Assembly (NCBI GenBank): GCA_965637545.1
Contig: OZ281497.1
Coordinates: forward strand, 7,068,001 to 7,132,000
Length of the DNA: 64,000 nt
Origin: Phallusia mammillata
Lineage: Eukaryota
Direction of reading: 5' to 3'
Positions 39,870 to 51,442 of this stretch are shown one piece after another; within the stretch, counting starts at the first letter, position 1, and every line of letters starts with the position of its first letter. Both the position numbers and the translations under genes were made by a program. Below the pieces are notes generated by a model, which had not been told where the DNA came from, ran no database searches, and saw nothing but the letters and a program-made list of their open reading frames with translations.

Positions 39870-42250
39870 CAACATTTATAGTTGTAGGCTGCAATAAGGT
39901 GGCTTTAAATTGCACTTTGAATGAGTGTAAAACAAGGTTTCTAATTTTAGTAGAAATATCGTTCCAAATTACTGGACCACAGTAATGTAAAGACTTTTGG
40001 CCGAGGGTTGTCTGAAATCTAGGGATGAAGAGGTTTTCGCCATCAGTATGTCTCGTGGAGTGGGAAAATGAACCTGTGAAATTTTGGCAAAAAACTCATC
40101 GAATGTTGAGGGGAGTTGATGGTGGTGGAATTTGTGCATAATTTGAGCTATTTAAAGTTTGTTAATATCGGCTAGTTTTAATGGTTTAGTTTTGTGTGAA
40201 TGAGTGTCATGTGGCAGTTTCTTTTGTTATAGGTTATGATTCGCAAGATATTATTTTGCAGCCCTTTTAATTGGTGAAGTACAGGTGCACTCCCACTACC
40301 CCAGAAGCTGATGGCATATTGCAGTTTTGAGTATACAGGGCTATGATCTAAACTTTTGTGGGTTTTTAAATCGACATATTTTCTTAGCTTATACATTAGA
40401 CCAGAATATTTAGCAAGTTGTGTTTGAAGTTGAGTTATATGCTGTGATCAGTTTAATTTGTCATCCATTATAACACCTAAATATTTCATTTTTAGTTGTT
40501 GCCGAGATGAAGTAAAGTTAATGTTTTGTGGGCATTTTGTCACAAGCATGTAGGATGTTTTGCTAATGTTTAGGGTCAGTTTGTTTACTCTCGACCAAAG
40601 GACTATTTGGTGGTTTGTTTTGATTTGCAGATTGCTTAAACTCCTATCAGTCATAATGAGATTATTGTCATGTGCGAACAGCGTAGTTTGCAGGTTGCTC
40701 GCAAGTGGGAGGTCATTTTTATACATTAACAATAGAAGAAAACCAAGCTTCGAGGCTTGTGGAACCCCATTGATCCATGTGTATTGGTACCGGTTGGTTA
40801 AATGTGACTCAAATAAATTTAAAACTACGCCACGTATAGCAAAAAACGTTGCATTTTGGACAGTAAAATTTTGTGGTTTATGGTGTCGAATGCCTTGGTT
40901 AAATCTAGTGAGATGCAGCATGATGCGAGTCCCCTTATCAGCATTATGCATAAGTTGGTCATGTATAACATGGAGGGCTAGCATAGCGGAGTGATCTCTT
41001 CTAAATGAAACTGTTGTTCATACAATAATTTATATTTTTCGAGGTATAGATAAAGTCGGCAATGTATTATATGTTCAAATATTTTGCTGAATGTGGATAG
41101 GAGTGATATTGGCCTGTAGTTTGTGCATTTATTGGTATGGTCCTGATTTCTAAATTGGGATTAGTTCAGCAATGTTTAACGTATCTGGATAGATTCCCTG
41201 TTGCACGCAGTTGTTAAAGATGGTGCTTAAAGGCAGTGTTTCATACCGGAACGGAACGAAACGAAATAACGTTATTCGTTCTGAGCAAATTATTTATTTT
41301 GTTATTTCGTTCTGGACCGATATTTTCATTTTTTTCCGGTCTGACCGAAATAAATTTATAACGGTATTTTTTTGTAATTCGGCCTTAACAAAAGAACATT
41401 TCTTTATGGTCTTTACAGCTATTAAGCGAGAAAAGAAGAAAGTTACAACACACAAAAATTATTGTCGGGAGTTGTTACGTCACATAACATTTGTCAATGA
41501 TGGTCAAACGAATGTAAATTGTAAGAGCTTAACGGCGCAAAATTTTCAGCAATTGTTTGATGTCAAGTGTTCAGAACGAAATACCGGAATGAAAAATAAC
41601 GGTATTTCGTTCCGTTTCGGTATTTTGAATTTTTTATTTCGGTATTTCGTTCCGGTATTTGAGCCAAAAATTATTTATTTCGTTCCGGTATAACGTTCCG
41701 TTACGTTCCGGTATGAAACACTGCTTAAAGGATACGCGGTGACTTCCTTTGACATTTTAATAAATTTGACTGAAATGCCATTGTGGCGTAAAGCTTTTTT
41801 CAGTCTAATGAGGCAATAATTGATAAACTTTCATGTGGTGTGGAAGGTGTTATGAACAGAGACTGGAAAATGCTTTTAAAATGCAAAGTGTGTAGGATAT
41901 TTGCTGTTGGTATTTTCTCCGCAAGCTTCTGGCCAAAGTTGGAAAAAAAATCATTAAAAGTTTCCACAATTTCTTTCGAGTCTTGAGTTTTTGTTTCTGT
42001 CAGTTTCGATACATGAAATGGTGTTGTGTTTTCGTCGTTTGATATTTATCAAGTCATTAATCATTTGCCATGTCCTACCAGAGTTGTTATTGTTATTAGC
42101 CAGAAGTTTTTCTTTTTGTATTGGACAATAGCCTTGTTGAGGATGTTTCTGTATAAGTTGCAACGTGGGGCATTACCAAAGTTTTTATTGCGATACATTT
42201 TAGCAAACATTTTATGTTTTACTGCAATTGACTTAATAATTGCCTTGCCT
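39870..42250 (-). mobile_element. Decayed, 5'-truncated LINE of CR1/L2 type (ORF2 reverse transcriptase region)
   Basis: Frameshifted fragments RTWQMINDLIN, GVPQASKLG (cf. GVPQGSxLGP), LFAHD (cf. LFADD), KLTLNISKT, KYLGVIMDDKLN, YSKLQYAISFWGS, LQNNILRII, GPVIWNDI. Boundaries are approximate. Confidence 0.85.
41234..41723. mobile_element. hAT-like MITE, 490 bp, nested in the LINE
   Basis: Perfect 20-bp TIR CAGTGTTTCATACCGGAACG; perfect 8-bp TSD CTTAAAGG at 41226-41233 and 41724-41731; many CGTTCCG / CGGAACG subterminal repeats. Confidence 0.9.
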
Positions 42251-44958
42251 TGTTATGTGGTTCAGATTACAAATCTCCTTCAAATATTAGCATTTTAAAC
42301 TAGCTTCGCAAATTGTACTTGGACATACCACCATGTGTAACTAAAGCATTCCAAAATGGTAATGCTACAGACAATGTATTTCCGATGTGAAATATAATTA
42401 TACGTTATCGACTTGATTCTGTCTGGTCGATCAAAAAATATAATCACTAGAACTTGGTAATTACAGCTACGCCGTAATTACAGTAACGGCGCCTACACAA
42501 ACGGGACAAGTGCCACGGCGAGAGTTGACTTTAATCGACCTCGACAACAATGGAATTCACGACTGTAATTTTTCTTTGCAGAAACAACTTTGTGAGCTCG
42601 ATAGCGACATCTTGCGAAAATTCGTGCGCCTGAACGACTGCATCGACGACATGCGCTGGCAACTCGAGCAGCGTGAAGCTGATCTTAAACGCAGCATGGA
42701 ACAAGATGACGTCATCACCATCCAGGATGACGTCATGAACGATGCGGGACGTCCAAATCCATGGGAGGAGGATTTAAAACGGTTGTCCGAAGACGAAAAC
42801 GACAACATCGAAGAGGATGACGACATGAAGTTTGTAGCTCCGGTTACCAAGGCAACCACGTCATACGCCACGTTGACGTCAGTTCGTAGCAGCAAGCCAG
42901 GCGTGACGAATAAGTCGTATGCCAAACCCACGTATGGGCATGTGGATGAAAAAGGAACAATGACTACAGACAGATCGAAAGATCAACAGGAACACAGTCG
43001 GCAAGATTTTTATAGGTAAGTTTAACTCTTCTTGACAATTTGGTTTAAGGCAGTTGCAGAATTAAATCTTGATAAAGTATAAGAGCAAACTGACCAAAAT
43101 GTGTCGCAAGGCCACAATCACCACATTTCAAAGTTAAAATACGCGTCTGTGAGCAGTTTTGTTTTGTCTTTTGGTAGTGGACTATTTTAAGCAAAAAAAT
43201 CAAAGCCAGTATTTGCGTGTTAAACATGACTAGGTTTCAACTGATTTGCTCAGAATATTTACAACCGTGCATTGCATGTGCACACAAGGATTTCATATTT
43301 CGCCTTTTAGACTTTTTTCATGCAACTGAACGCAACGTAAGTTAAGACAAAACCTTGTAAACTAGGCTCGCTTGTATGTTCAGCCCACTGTTATCCACAC
43401 CACGTGACGTTGGTAAAGTCAATTGAGCGTGACGAACTTCGCTCTGCTTTTTGCGGTTCGTGAGAAGGTGTGCCTTAATATGGCGCTGGTGGTTTAAAAC
43501 TCTTGTTGAAGTGACAGTTGTGGGAATCTTACACAGGCCTTGTAATGTACAGCTCGTAGTGAGCCAGGTTGAGTAAATGACGTTTCGCACGCTACTTCCA
43601 TTTCACGAAATGTATCATATTGTGTAGCCCTTAGAGGAAACTTTCTGTTTCATTATGCAGCTTGTAGCATTTGGACCATGTGTTTGGTGTCATGCTATGT
43701 TTTCTGAAAAACAACTAAAGCTTTTGATATACTTGACAGTCTTCCAAACTTTAACTGTTTTCGAAATAGTAGCTTCTTGGTTGCTATTGTTTTTGCATGG
43801 ATAAACGCAGCTACATGCGATGTTGGGCTTAGCCTAAATGTCAAGTTTTAAAATCTGTGCAGCACATAGTAACATTTTCCCAATGTTTTTTACTTGTAGA
43901 ACCAAACCACTCAGGCCGACCTCTGCAAGCCAGGTGGCCTACACCACCTACCAAAAACAGCAACAGCAACATCCAGTGCAGCAGACTAACTACCAGCCCT
44001 ATCACCAGCACCAGCGTGTTGTTCCAAACCAGCGGCCAGCCTCGGCGTCCAACGCTAACAAGAAATACGCCACTCGCGCTGTATCGTTCCAATCATCTGG
44101 CCGAGACTCGGCGTTTCGACCAATCAGAAGCAATCAGCAGTCACGTGATTCGGCCACGACATCACGTGACTCAAACCCGAGGGGCGACCGTGTTCTCGTC
44201 AGGCGAGTGTCGGACTTTCAAAAGCAACGAGATTACCAGAATCTGATTGACTTGTCACGTGTCAGAGGATCGAACCAATCAGGTGGTGGTCATCCGCAGC
44301 ATCAGCAGCCGCAAAGACCTCAGATGAATGTGCCAGGTTCGCGAACCTCTACGTCATCTATTGCGTCATCTGCTTCGTCCAACTCATCTGCGTCATCACT
44401 TCGCTCTCCCACGCGGCCCTCTGTGGCGCGTAGCAGCAGCCACAAGTGGGCGCGCTTTGGCTTGGGCAAGGCTAGTAAAGCGCCACAGCCTGTAGTTGAA
44501 GCCAAGCCTATGGCGCCGCCACAAAGTCTTGTCACACAACAGCAGAAGAGGACAAGTCTCTCGCGGCGCGGTAATGACGTTATGATTCCACGTGACCAAA
44601 ACGTCATCACGGTGTCATATAAGCGCACGACCGCAAACGACTCTGTCTATAGTTGGATCCAGAGTCAAGATGACGTCACGTATTTGTAACATGACGTCAC
44701 TGTCACTTTTTTGCCTCCACGTTTACGCGTATCCACGAATTAAGCCTTCTTTTGTTATTGTCACTTCGTTCGTTTTTTTTTCGTTTGCCAGTGCTCGGCT
44801 TATTTATCGTCTTTATGTCATCATTGTCATTGTTCTTAATCTTGCTTGGCACCGCGCAATGCAAGCACATCCAAGTACCGTACCGCCATATAATATACAT
44901 AACATCTACCAATGCATTGTATTTTCTCCTTGTCTTTTATGTAAGGAATAAATCTTGA
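42251..44958 (+). repeat. Segmental duplication, copy 2
   Basis: Colinear with 32404-35115; weaker similarity continues to about 45280 versus about 35400. Confidence 0.95.
42582..44689 (+). CDS. Second copy of LURAP exons 2-3 with no exon 1 of its own: alternative 3' cassette or partial pseudogene
   Basis: Exons 42582-43015 (434 nt) and 43900-44689 (790 nt) have the same lengths and splice sites as copy 1 and open frames. Changes include R>C (KQLRELD to KQLCELD), N>K, H>Y, A>T, T>S, S>A. Confidence 0.7.
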
Positions 44959-45807
44959 CATATTTGAGTGTTATAGGTCCGGTTGTATATAAGTGTGTGG
45001 AATAGTCACTAGGGGCCCATTCTGAATATGACCTATTTTGCCCTGTGTTTTTTCTCCGTCGTAGCTTATGCACCTGGTGAAATAGTTTAATGTATCTTAA
45101 TGATACTTTTTCGGCTGGCTATAGTTGTAAAATACTTTTGTCCAAATTGCATACCATTTGGACACTTCATATTGCAGGTAATGACTTGCTACGTAGGACT
45201 AGGAATCTACTCCAATTACCCCAACAATCTCCTGTAAAAATCAGCTTATAATTCGTCACCAACGCCCAATTATTTGGCCCTATTATTTGGACTTTCCACC
45301 ATACAGCTTGTTTTGTCTCCCCTCACAACAGAAACACGTTCAAAAGCTTTGCATCTGTTGCCCATGCGTTTCTCTCCGAAAGCAATTATATATACTACAA
45401 AGATTTTCTAGGACCAGATGTAAATTATGCTACAATCTAAATATGGGATCTACGGCAAAATAGACTGAACCCAAAGCCAGATTTTCTACGATTTTTGATG
45501 CAAAAGAATCTAAAAAGGGAATAATGTCGAAAATAAAGAGTGTTTTATAAATAACGGAGGTAAAATGTTTCAAGTAGAATATTTAGCACAAGACTAAAAC
45601 ACAAAATAACCCTTATAGGCTAGATTTCTGAGTATTGGTTATGTCATATAGCATGGTTGAAAAAGATTAAAGATGGAAAGAGTAACACAGCTGAGGGGAT
45701 GTCATTGCTGTTCATAAAAGTCAATGTTTCAAATATACACAAAGATCAGTTGCAGTCAGAAGGCCATTATTTGCTATTTCTGTTTTTGACAGTAACCAAT
45801 AATGCTA

Positions 45808-45883
45808 ACCGGTTCGCAGATCTCATAAAATTTCGTGAAACGGTTCTATAGAACCGGTGCGAACCAACTGAATCCTACCACTG
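45808..45883. mobile_element. Single hAT-like terminus (remnant)
   Basis: Ends GAACCGGTGCGAACCAACTGAATCCTACCACTG, a CAGTGG-type TIR; no partner end or TSD found. Confidence 0.35.
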
Positions 45884-46951
45884 ATCTAAATGTAATGCAA
45901 TTCTTATCTTAATGTAGAGTGCCAAAACCGTGACATGAGAGAATAAACAAGCATAGTTGCTGTGTAATACCTACATTTTTAAACTTCCAAAATTAAATAC
46001 TCTATTCCGGGAGTATAATTTGCATACATTATTTGCCCAGGATCAATAAACTGCCTAAATACACTTATATAACAGTATAGCCTTTGTAGAGTCAAGTCGA
46101 GTCGAGTCGAGTCAAGTGTTGATTTAAACAACACTAATTTGATGTTTCTATAGTATCATGACGATGAACCTTTGAAAGCATTGTCCGGAATGTTACATTA
46201 TTTGTACTCAACTGCGTGGTTCTGTTAAAGGAACGTTAGCATTTGCGAAAAAAAATTCATGGATCGGGTTTTCACCAATAAAAGAACATAAATCTAACCT
46301 CAGGGTTTTAAAACTAGGACACCAATAATATATGTTTCTGGTTTTTATTTGCTACCACTCTTTGAGGTGTCTACAAATACCATTACAAACAAAAAAACTT
46401 CATTAGATTTAAATGTATAACCTCTCGTTATCAACTATCACTTACGAAAGACGGCTGTCAAAAAAGTTAGACAAATAATTATCAGAACTTTTTTTGATTA
46501 AATTGTAAATTTACAAGTGAAAGCTTCCATTTATATTGTACGAACACCTGAATATGATTTGTTAAGCCGAACTCTAGGAACACATGACGCAAAATGAAGT
46601 TACCTAAAATTTTTGAAAGCTTTTTGACGTCTGTTAGATAAGATGACTTTATCCATTTTCGGGTGTGTCGTATTTACAAAAATTCAGATTTGTAATCGGG
46701 ATGTGGTTTAAACTGCACCAAAATGTGAGGTTCCTGATTTGGGGATTGCGCCTTTCGCAGCTTGATGCAATATTCAGCTGGGCACACGAAAGGAAAGAGT
46801 TGCATAGGAATAAAATGTGTCATGTCCATCCATATCCCCGTTTTTCGGTGTTAAACCGGCAATCAATTTGGATTATAAAACTAAAAGATGATAAAGTGAA
46901 AATTTTAAGTAAACATAGTTCAAAAACACTAAAACGTTACCTAACTAGTTA

Positions 46952-47135
46952 GGATGAACATTAATTCATAACTGGGATGAGCCCTGAAGCGTCTATGCAG
47001 ACCAGCGATCACGGCACACTCATATACAAATCACAGTACGCCAGGCCCTTTGAAGGCGCCATACCGAACCAGCCGGCATGCACCACCATATGGCAAAGCG
47101 TAGGCTAGACAAAGGCCTGGCGTACTGTGATTTAT
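46952..47135 (-). mobile_element. Internally deleted sibling of the palindromic element at 51004-51539
   Basis: Same unique tail (GATGAACA..TTCATAACTGGGAT..CCCTGAAGCGTCTATGCAGACC) and same opposite end (GGCCTGGCGTACTGTGATT); 11-bp TSD CTAACTAGTTA at 46941-46951 and 47136-47146; tRNA-like core absent. Confidence 0.8.
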
Positions 47136-48329
47136 CTAACTAGTTATGTTTAATGGGTAATGTTTTGATATTTTTAAACTATGTTTACTAATTTGAACTT
47201 TTTTGTCGATTAATTTAAATTTAGTTTTATCTTTGTACACTTACGAGTCACTTACTCAGTGTTATCTGTCTAATTGTTGTTTTCTTTTTTCGCTATGCTG
47301 TATTCATTATTTATTCCCCTATGGCAAGTTTTGTATCGAGTTGGCCATGCCTGATTGCCCACGTAATAACCCGGATGTACATTGTTTGTCGTTACACCAT
47401 TCGTTGATACACATTAACCAGTTTCGTTGGATGGAAAGTACAGTTAGCCTTCTCTGGGTGTCCTATGGTAAATCGTGTCCTGTTGTGTGTAGCTTTTGGT
47501 TGAATTGTAAGGTGCAGTTGGTTTGTGTATTTTATATCTGTTTGGTCAAACAAGACGCCTTTTATTAAAACCAGCTTGTGGCCTCTCTTTGGCTTTCGAG
47601 GTTAACCGCTTTTTGTGCAGTTAGGTTCTTTTTCGGTTAGGGATGTAGTTTTGGTAAAATAAAAAGCTATAGGTTTATGGGAGGCGAGTAGGGTAAACGA
47701 TCTCGCTGAAAATTCGTTTAAACTGCCGAAATAATTTGCAACAGAAAAAAAAAATATTTCCAACAATCAACATAGCGCGCAACAGTTTAAAATTTGGTTG
47801 GAATAAAACGGCTAAAAACAAAAATATTTATCTGATGAATTTGGTATTCATTGAGGGACGAATAAGACTTGTTTTTTAGAGCAGTGGTGCAATTTAAACC
47901 GAGATCCATAATGTCCTCTATTTGCCCATAAATGATTGATATTTTGTTCTTTCTCATGGTGAGTGGTGACTTTGCTCGAAGAAACTTTAAACATTGTTAC
48001 TGTGTCTTGCGATTAAAAGTGCAGTTGTTTACCGTTTCTTGAAACATTCTTGACGGATAAAAAGCTATTTTGCGACCACGTAGAACATAGTATTCAGTGT
48101 AACATCAACATTTCACCCAAACAAAGGATTTAATTTTTTTTTGTCCATTCGCGTTGTGCATGATCGACCTGATCACTTCGCAAAAGACAACAGAAAATCA
48201 AGTTTGCACAATCAGGTTTTTGAACTGCATTTTCTATGTTTCCATTTGAGTGTGGGAAACCCACTACAACAGCAATTATATTTTAAGGGTTGCGTCCTCT
48301 TGTCAAAAATAAAAGTAAAACTTTACCGA

Positions 48330-48530
48330 CGTGGTCATTTACTTTTCATCATGCTCATATATTGTGTTTGCCTTCGTAGCTTATTGGTGTTTGCTGAGGT
48401 CCAAGCAAAACTTATGCTTTGTTTGTGAAATGTGGCGATGTAGTACAAATCAAGCTCCGCAAATCTGTTTTTTAGCGTCAATGAGTAACAATTTGTTTCT
48501 CTTCCGTTTCTCAGTGCGCAATATTTAAGC
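48330..48530 (-). mobile_element. Possible Tigger/CENP-B-like transposase N-terminal remnant
   Basis: Stop-interrupted frame KRKRNKLLLIDAKKQICGA*FVLHRHISQ.. loosely resembles the psq/CENP-B N-terminal HTH. Pattern match only. Confidence 0.25.
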
Positions 48531-49463
48531 GCTGACTCGCCCACACTGCAAATATTGAACAATGTTGCAACATGGTTCATGGCGCGGAGATGTATTGAAG
48601 ATTTTTAAAATATTTTCCGGAAATGAAGTTTTTCTTTTGAACCTTGTTGCTGTGCCTGGCGGCTACAAATTAATTTGTTTATCGTTTCATAAAACAATCT
48701 GGAAATTTCGAACATTAAAAAAAAACTAAAAAAAAAACTAATAAATGATGTGTTATGAAGAATAAGAGGAATAAATCGTTTTGCTTTTTGTATTTTGGTT
48801 GTTTTGTGTTCAAAAATAAATGTTAAATGCATTTGATTTAGATTTGACCAATTTGTGGAAAATTTTAAATCTTCTAACGCATTTTGCTGTGATTGTAACA
48901 GTATTTACTGATTGAGACATCGGTGAAAGAACTCTAAGGCAAGTAAATACAACAACTGCTGCATAGTATATTCTACTAAACAGCGTTACGATTTAAAATG
49001 TTTTTTGATGTCTTCAATCTAAACATACCCGGGTTAAAGACTTACACTAAAAGAAATCCAAAATCTTCTCAATAAAATTAGTTGTACAAACTAAATGTCG
49101 TACTAAAATTTATTCTATGGCCTTTCCTTGTTTGCGTTACAAATCGTGCTGGCGAACGTTTGGGTTAAAGTAAAACTACTAAAGTTGTTAAAACTAAGAA
49201 AAAAAGAAAGAAAGAGCGCTAAGTTAAAATATAGATTGGTCTAATCAACCAGTGAAAGAATGTGTCTAAGACGCCGTCTGTTAAAATAAGGACGAATGGT
49301 AGAAACAAGAATGGTATAATAGCAATCATGCTTCTAAATTAGGGCCTAATCTACATGTTGTTCTTTGATATTAAAAAGTGCCACAAATATTAGGAAATAT
49401 TGTTGTTCATTCTTGTAAAACTTAAATTTGTAAAGATAACCAGCAAAAGATTAAATTCAACAG

Positions 49464-49673
49464 GTCGGACACCTTTTTAAAGAATACTTACGTATCGGAC
49501 GGGATAGCTTCTTTCTGCGTTACATAGACCCCCGTTGGAGACCCGCGGTTGTGGAGCAACTTGAAGTGATTCGTCTCATGCAACTCAGCAACGACTTAGC
49601 CGGTTTATTTGAAGCAATCCGACGTTATCGTGGATATGTTAGTCGCCCTGCTTGGCCTCAAATATGCGGCTGA
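49464..49673 (+). other. Candidate orphan terminal coding exon (69 aa)
   Basis: Acceptor TTCAACAG followed by exactly 70 codons to TGA: VGHLFKEYLRIGRDSFFLRYIDPRWRPAVVEQLEVIRLMQLSNDLAGLFEAIRRYRGYVSRPAWPQICG. Richer in GC and CpG than its flanks; no partner exon identified. Confidence 0.35.
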
Positions 49674-50134
49674 TGCACCTTCTTTTGCTAATGTGCCTTA
49701 CACGTGCACAAAAAATTTTTGAAACCTGTTTTTGCTAAAAACGTTTTTTGTGCGACTTTTTAAATAGAATACTTTCGTGTTTTTCATTATGTAACAAAAT
49801 GTCTTTGTCGAAAAGCGTTGGTTTAATTTGTTTGTTTGTGACCCACTATTTTTTTATTTTTGCATGTTGCACATTATTGTACATTTTATGTACGCTTTTC
49901 CAAAACTGTTTGTTGGTTTCAAATTCAAAGAATGTAATGCAACTAAATCATATTCAAGATTGTTTAATTGTCACGACTTTTATTTTCATTGAAATATGCG
50001 ATGACAAAATTTATCACCAATCTTTTAACATGCTAAAATTTAAGTCAAGTAAATTGTCTAGCTAAGTAGTTAGTTGTTAAACTTAACCTTATGCGAACAG
50101 CCCTTAAGTGCCTTGTTTAAGTCATTGTCTTTGG

Positions 50135-50635
50135 TGGGCCATGGAACTGGTGGGCCATGGAAGCATTTTGACTAGGCCGCCGACCAATCAAATAGAAAGC
50201 TTTTTTTAAGAATTTTCATTTGTGTCACTACACTCAATTTTACAAGAATAATGGCTTGGGGAGGAATTGAGAAGGAATGTGAATTAATTTGAATTATTCT
50301 ATTTACGGTATAAAGTTACTTTGACTTTCTGCAACGGCGTATGTTTATGATGTAATAAACTACTTTGTGATTACAATAAAGCCAGATAATAGCAGCATAT
50401 CAATTGTCCAATTATTCGGTCATAACTGAAAATGCTTGAACAAGGGAAGTGCTGTTTTATGATTTTTTGCATGAATTTATTTCGAACTATATTATCTGTT
50501 TGAAATATGGCCTGCAGTTTTTTTTGTTCTGAATCTACTTTTTAGTTGTTTCTTTCTTTCATAAAAATTTACTGGGCCACAGAATTTTTGTGCAATGAAA
50601 ATGGGCCACGAAAGAAAAAAGGTTGAGAACCACTG
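50135..50635. mobile_element. hAT MITE remnant (right end only)
   Basis: Right TIR GGTTGAGAACCACTG at 50621-50635 with repeated GGGCCA(C/T) subterminal motifs; left TIR and TSD not found. Confidence 0.45.
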
Positions 50636-51179
50636 GGCTATGGTCAATCAAAGTTTCCGGCCAAAATCGTCTGTTCAAAAGCGATTCGGGTCCGGGTCTG
50701 GCTTTGGGCTTCTACTTTCGGGTTGATACTTTAACTTCGGGTCCACATACAACTCTGCCTTATACCCCAAAAATGTTTTGTAATTGTTGTACATTTCCTT
50801 TTATTTTCTATGCATGTAAATACGGCTTTGTTTTGATGTTAACACAGCGTGTGTGGCAGGTGAATATTGTACGATATTCACGTTTTCGGCCGATAGTCCT
50901 AGCTTGATCTTCGGGCTGATTGTGGTGACATGTTGTCGCTGTGTCACAGTGGACTTGTGCAGTTGTGTAATTGTCGAATTAAATTGTAACTTGTTGGAAC
51001 TTTTAAGATGAACATAAATTCATAACTGGGATCAGCCCTGAAGCGTCTATGCAGACCAGCGATCACGGCACACTCATATATAAATCACAGTACGTCAGGC
51101 CCATTGAAGGCGCTATACCGAATCAGCCGGTCACCAAGCATTCACCACCATATGGCAAGGCGTAGGCTAGAAAAATCTA

Positions 51180-51252
51180 GCCTGCGGTGGGATTCGAACC
51201 CACGACAGGAGTCTTTCCGGGACTCGCGCTCTACCAACTGAGCTACACAGGC
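51180..51252 (-). ncRNA. tRNA-like cloverleaf (SINE head), left arm
   Basis: GCCTGTG TA GCTC AGTTGGTA GAGC GC GAGTC CCGGAAA GACTC CTGTC GTGGG TTCGAAT CCCAC CGCAGGC: all four stems pair, A and B boxes intact, followed by a T5 tract. The anticodon loop lacks U33. Confidence 0.7.
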
Positions 51253-51369
51253 CCAGTGGGGAATCCGCCGAAAGTCGAATCACAAGCACCGTTGCCTGCC
51301 TCGTATGCTGCACATGTCAGCTTCGTAGTAGGGATCTTGTGATTCGACTTTCGGCGGATTCTCCACTGG

Positions 51370-51442
51370 GCATGTGTAGCTCAGTTGGTAGAGCGCGAGT
51401 CCCGGAAAGACTCCTGTCGTGGGTTCGAATCCCACCGCAGGC
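51370..51442 (+). ncRNA. tRNA-like cloverleaf (SINE head), right arm
   Basis: Same 73 nt as the left copy except C3>A, which breaks one acceptor-stem pair; A and B boxes intact. Confidence 0.65.

Noticed and set aside
41211-41693. 160-aa ORF
   Set aside because: Lies within the repeat-rich MITE; no transposase motifs.
46089-46117. (GAGTC/AAGTC)n pentamer run
   Set aside because: Short ordinary microsatellite.
51030-51075. Hammerhead-ribozyme-like CTGAAG..GTCT-ATGC-AGAC stem in the element tail (would suggest a retrozyme or Penelope link)
   Set aside because: The required GAAA after stem II is absent and no stems I/III can be formed; only a small hairpin is supported.
51180-51442. Two genuine tRNA-Ser(GGA) genes
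   Set aside because: No U33, an extra base before the anticodon stem, a short variable arm, and both lie inside a TSD-flanked insertion; called tRNA-like instead.
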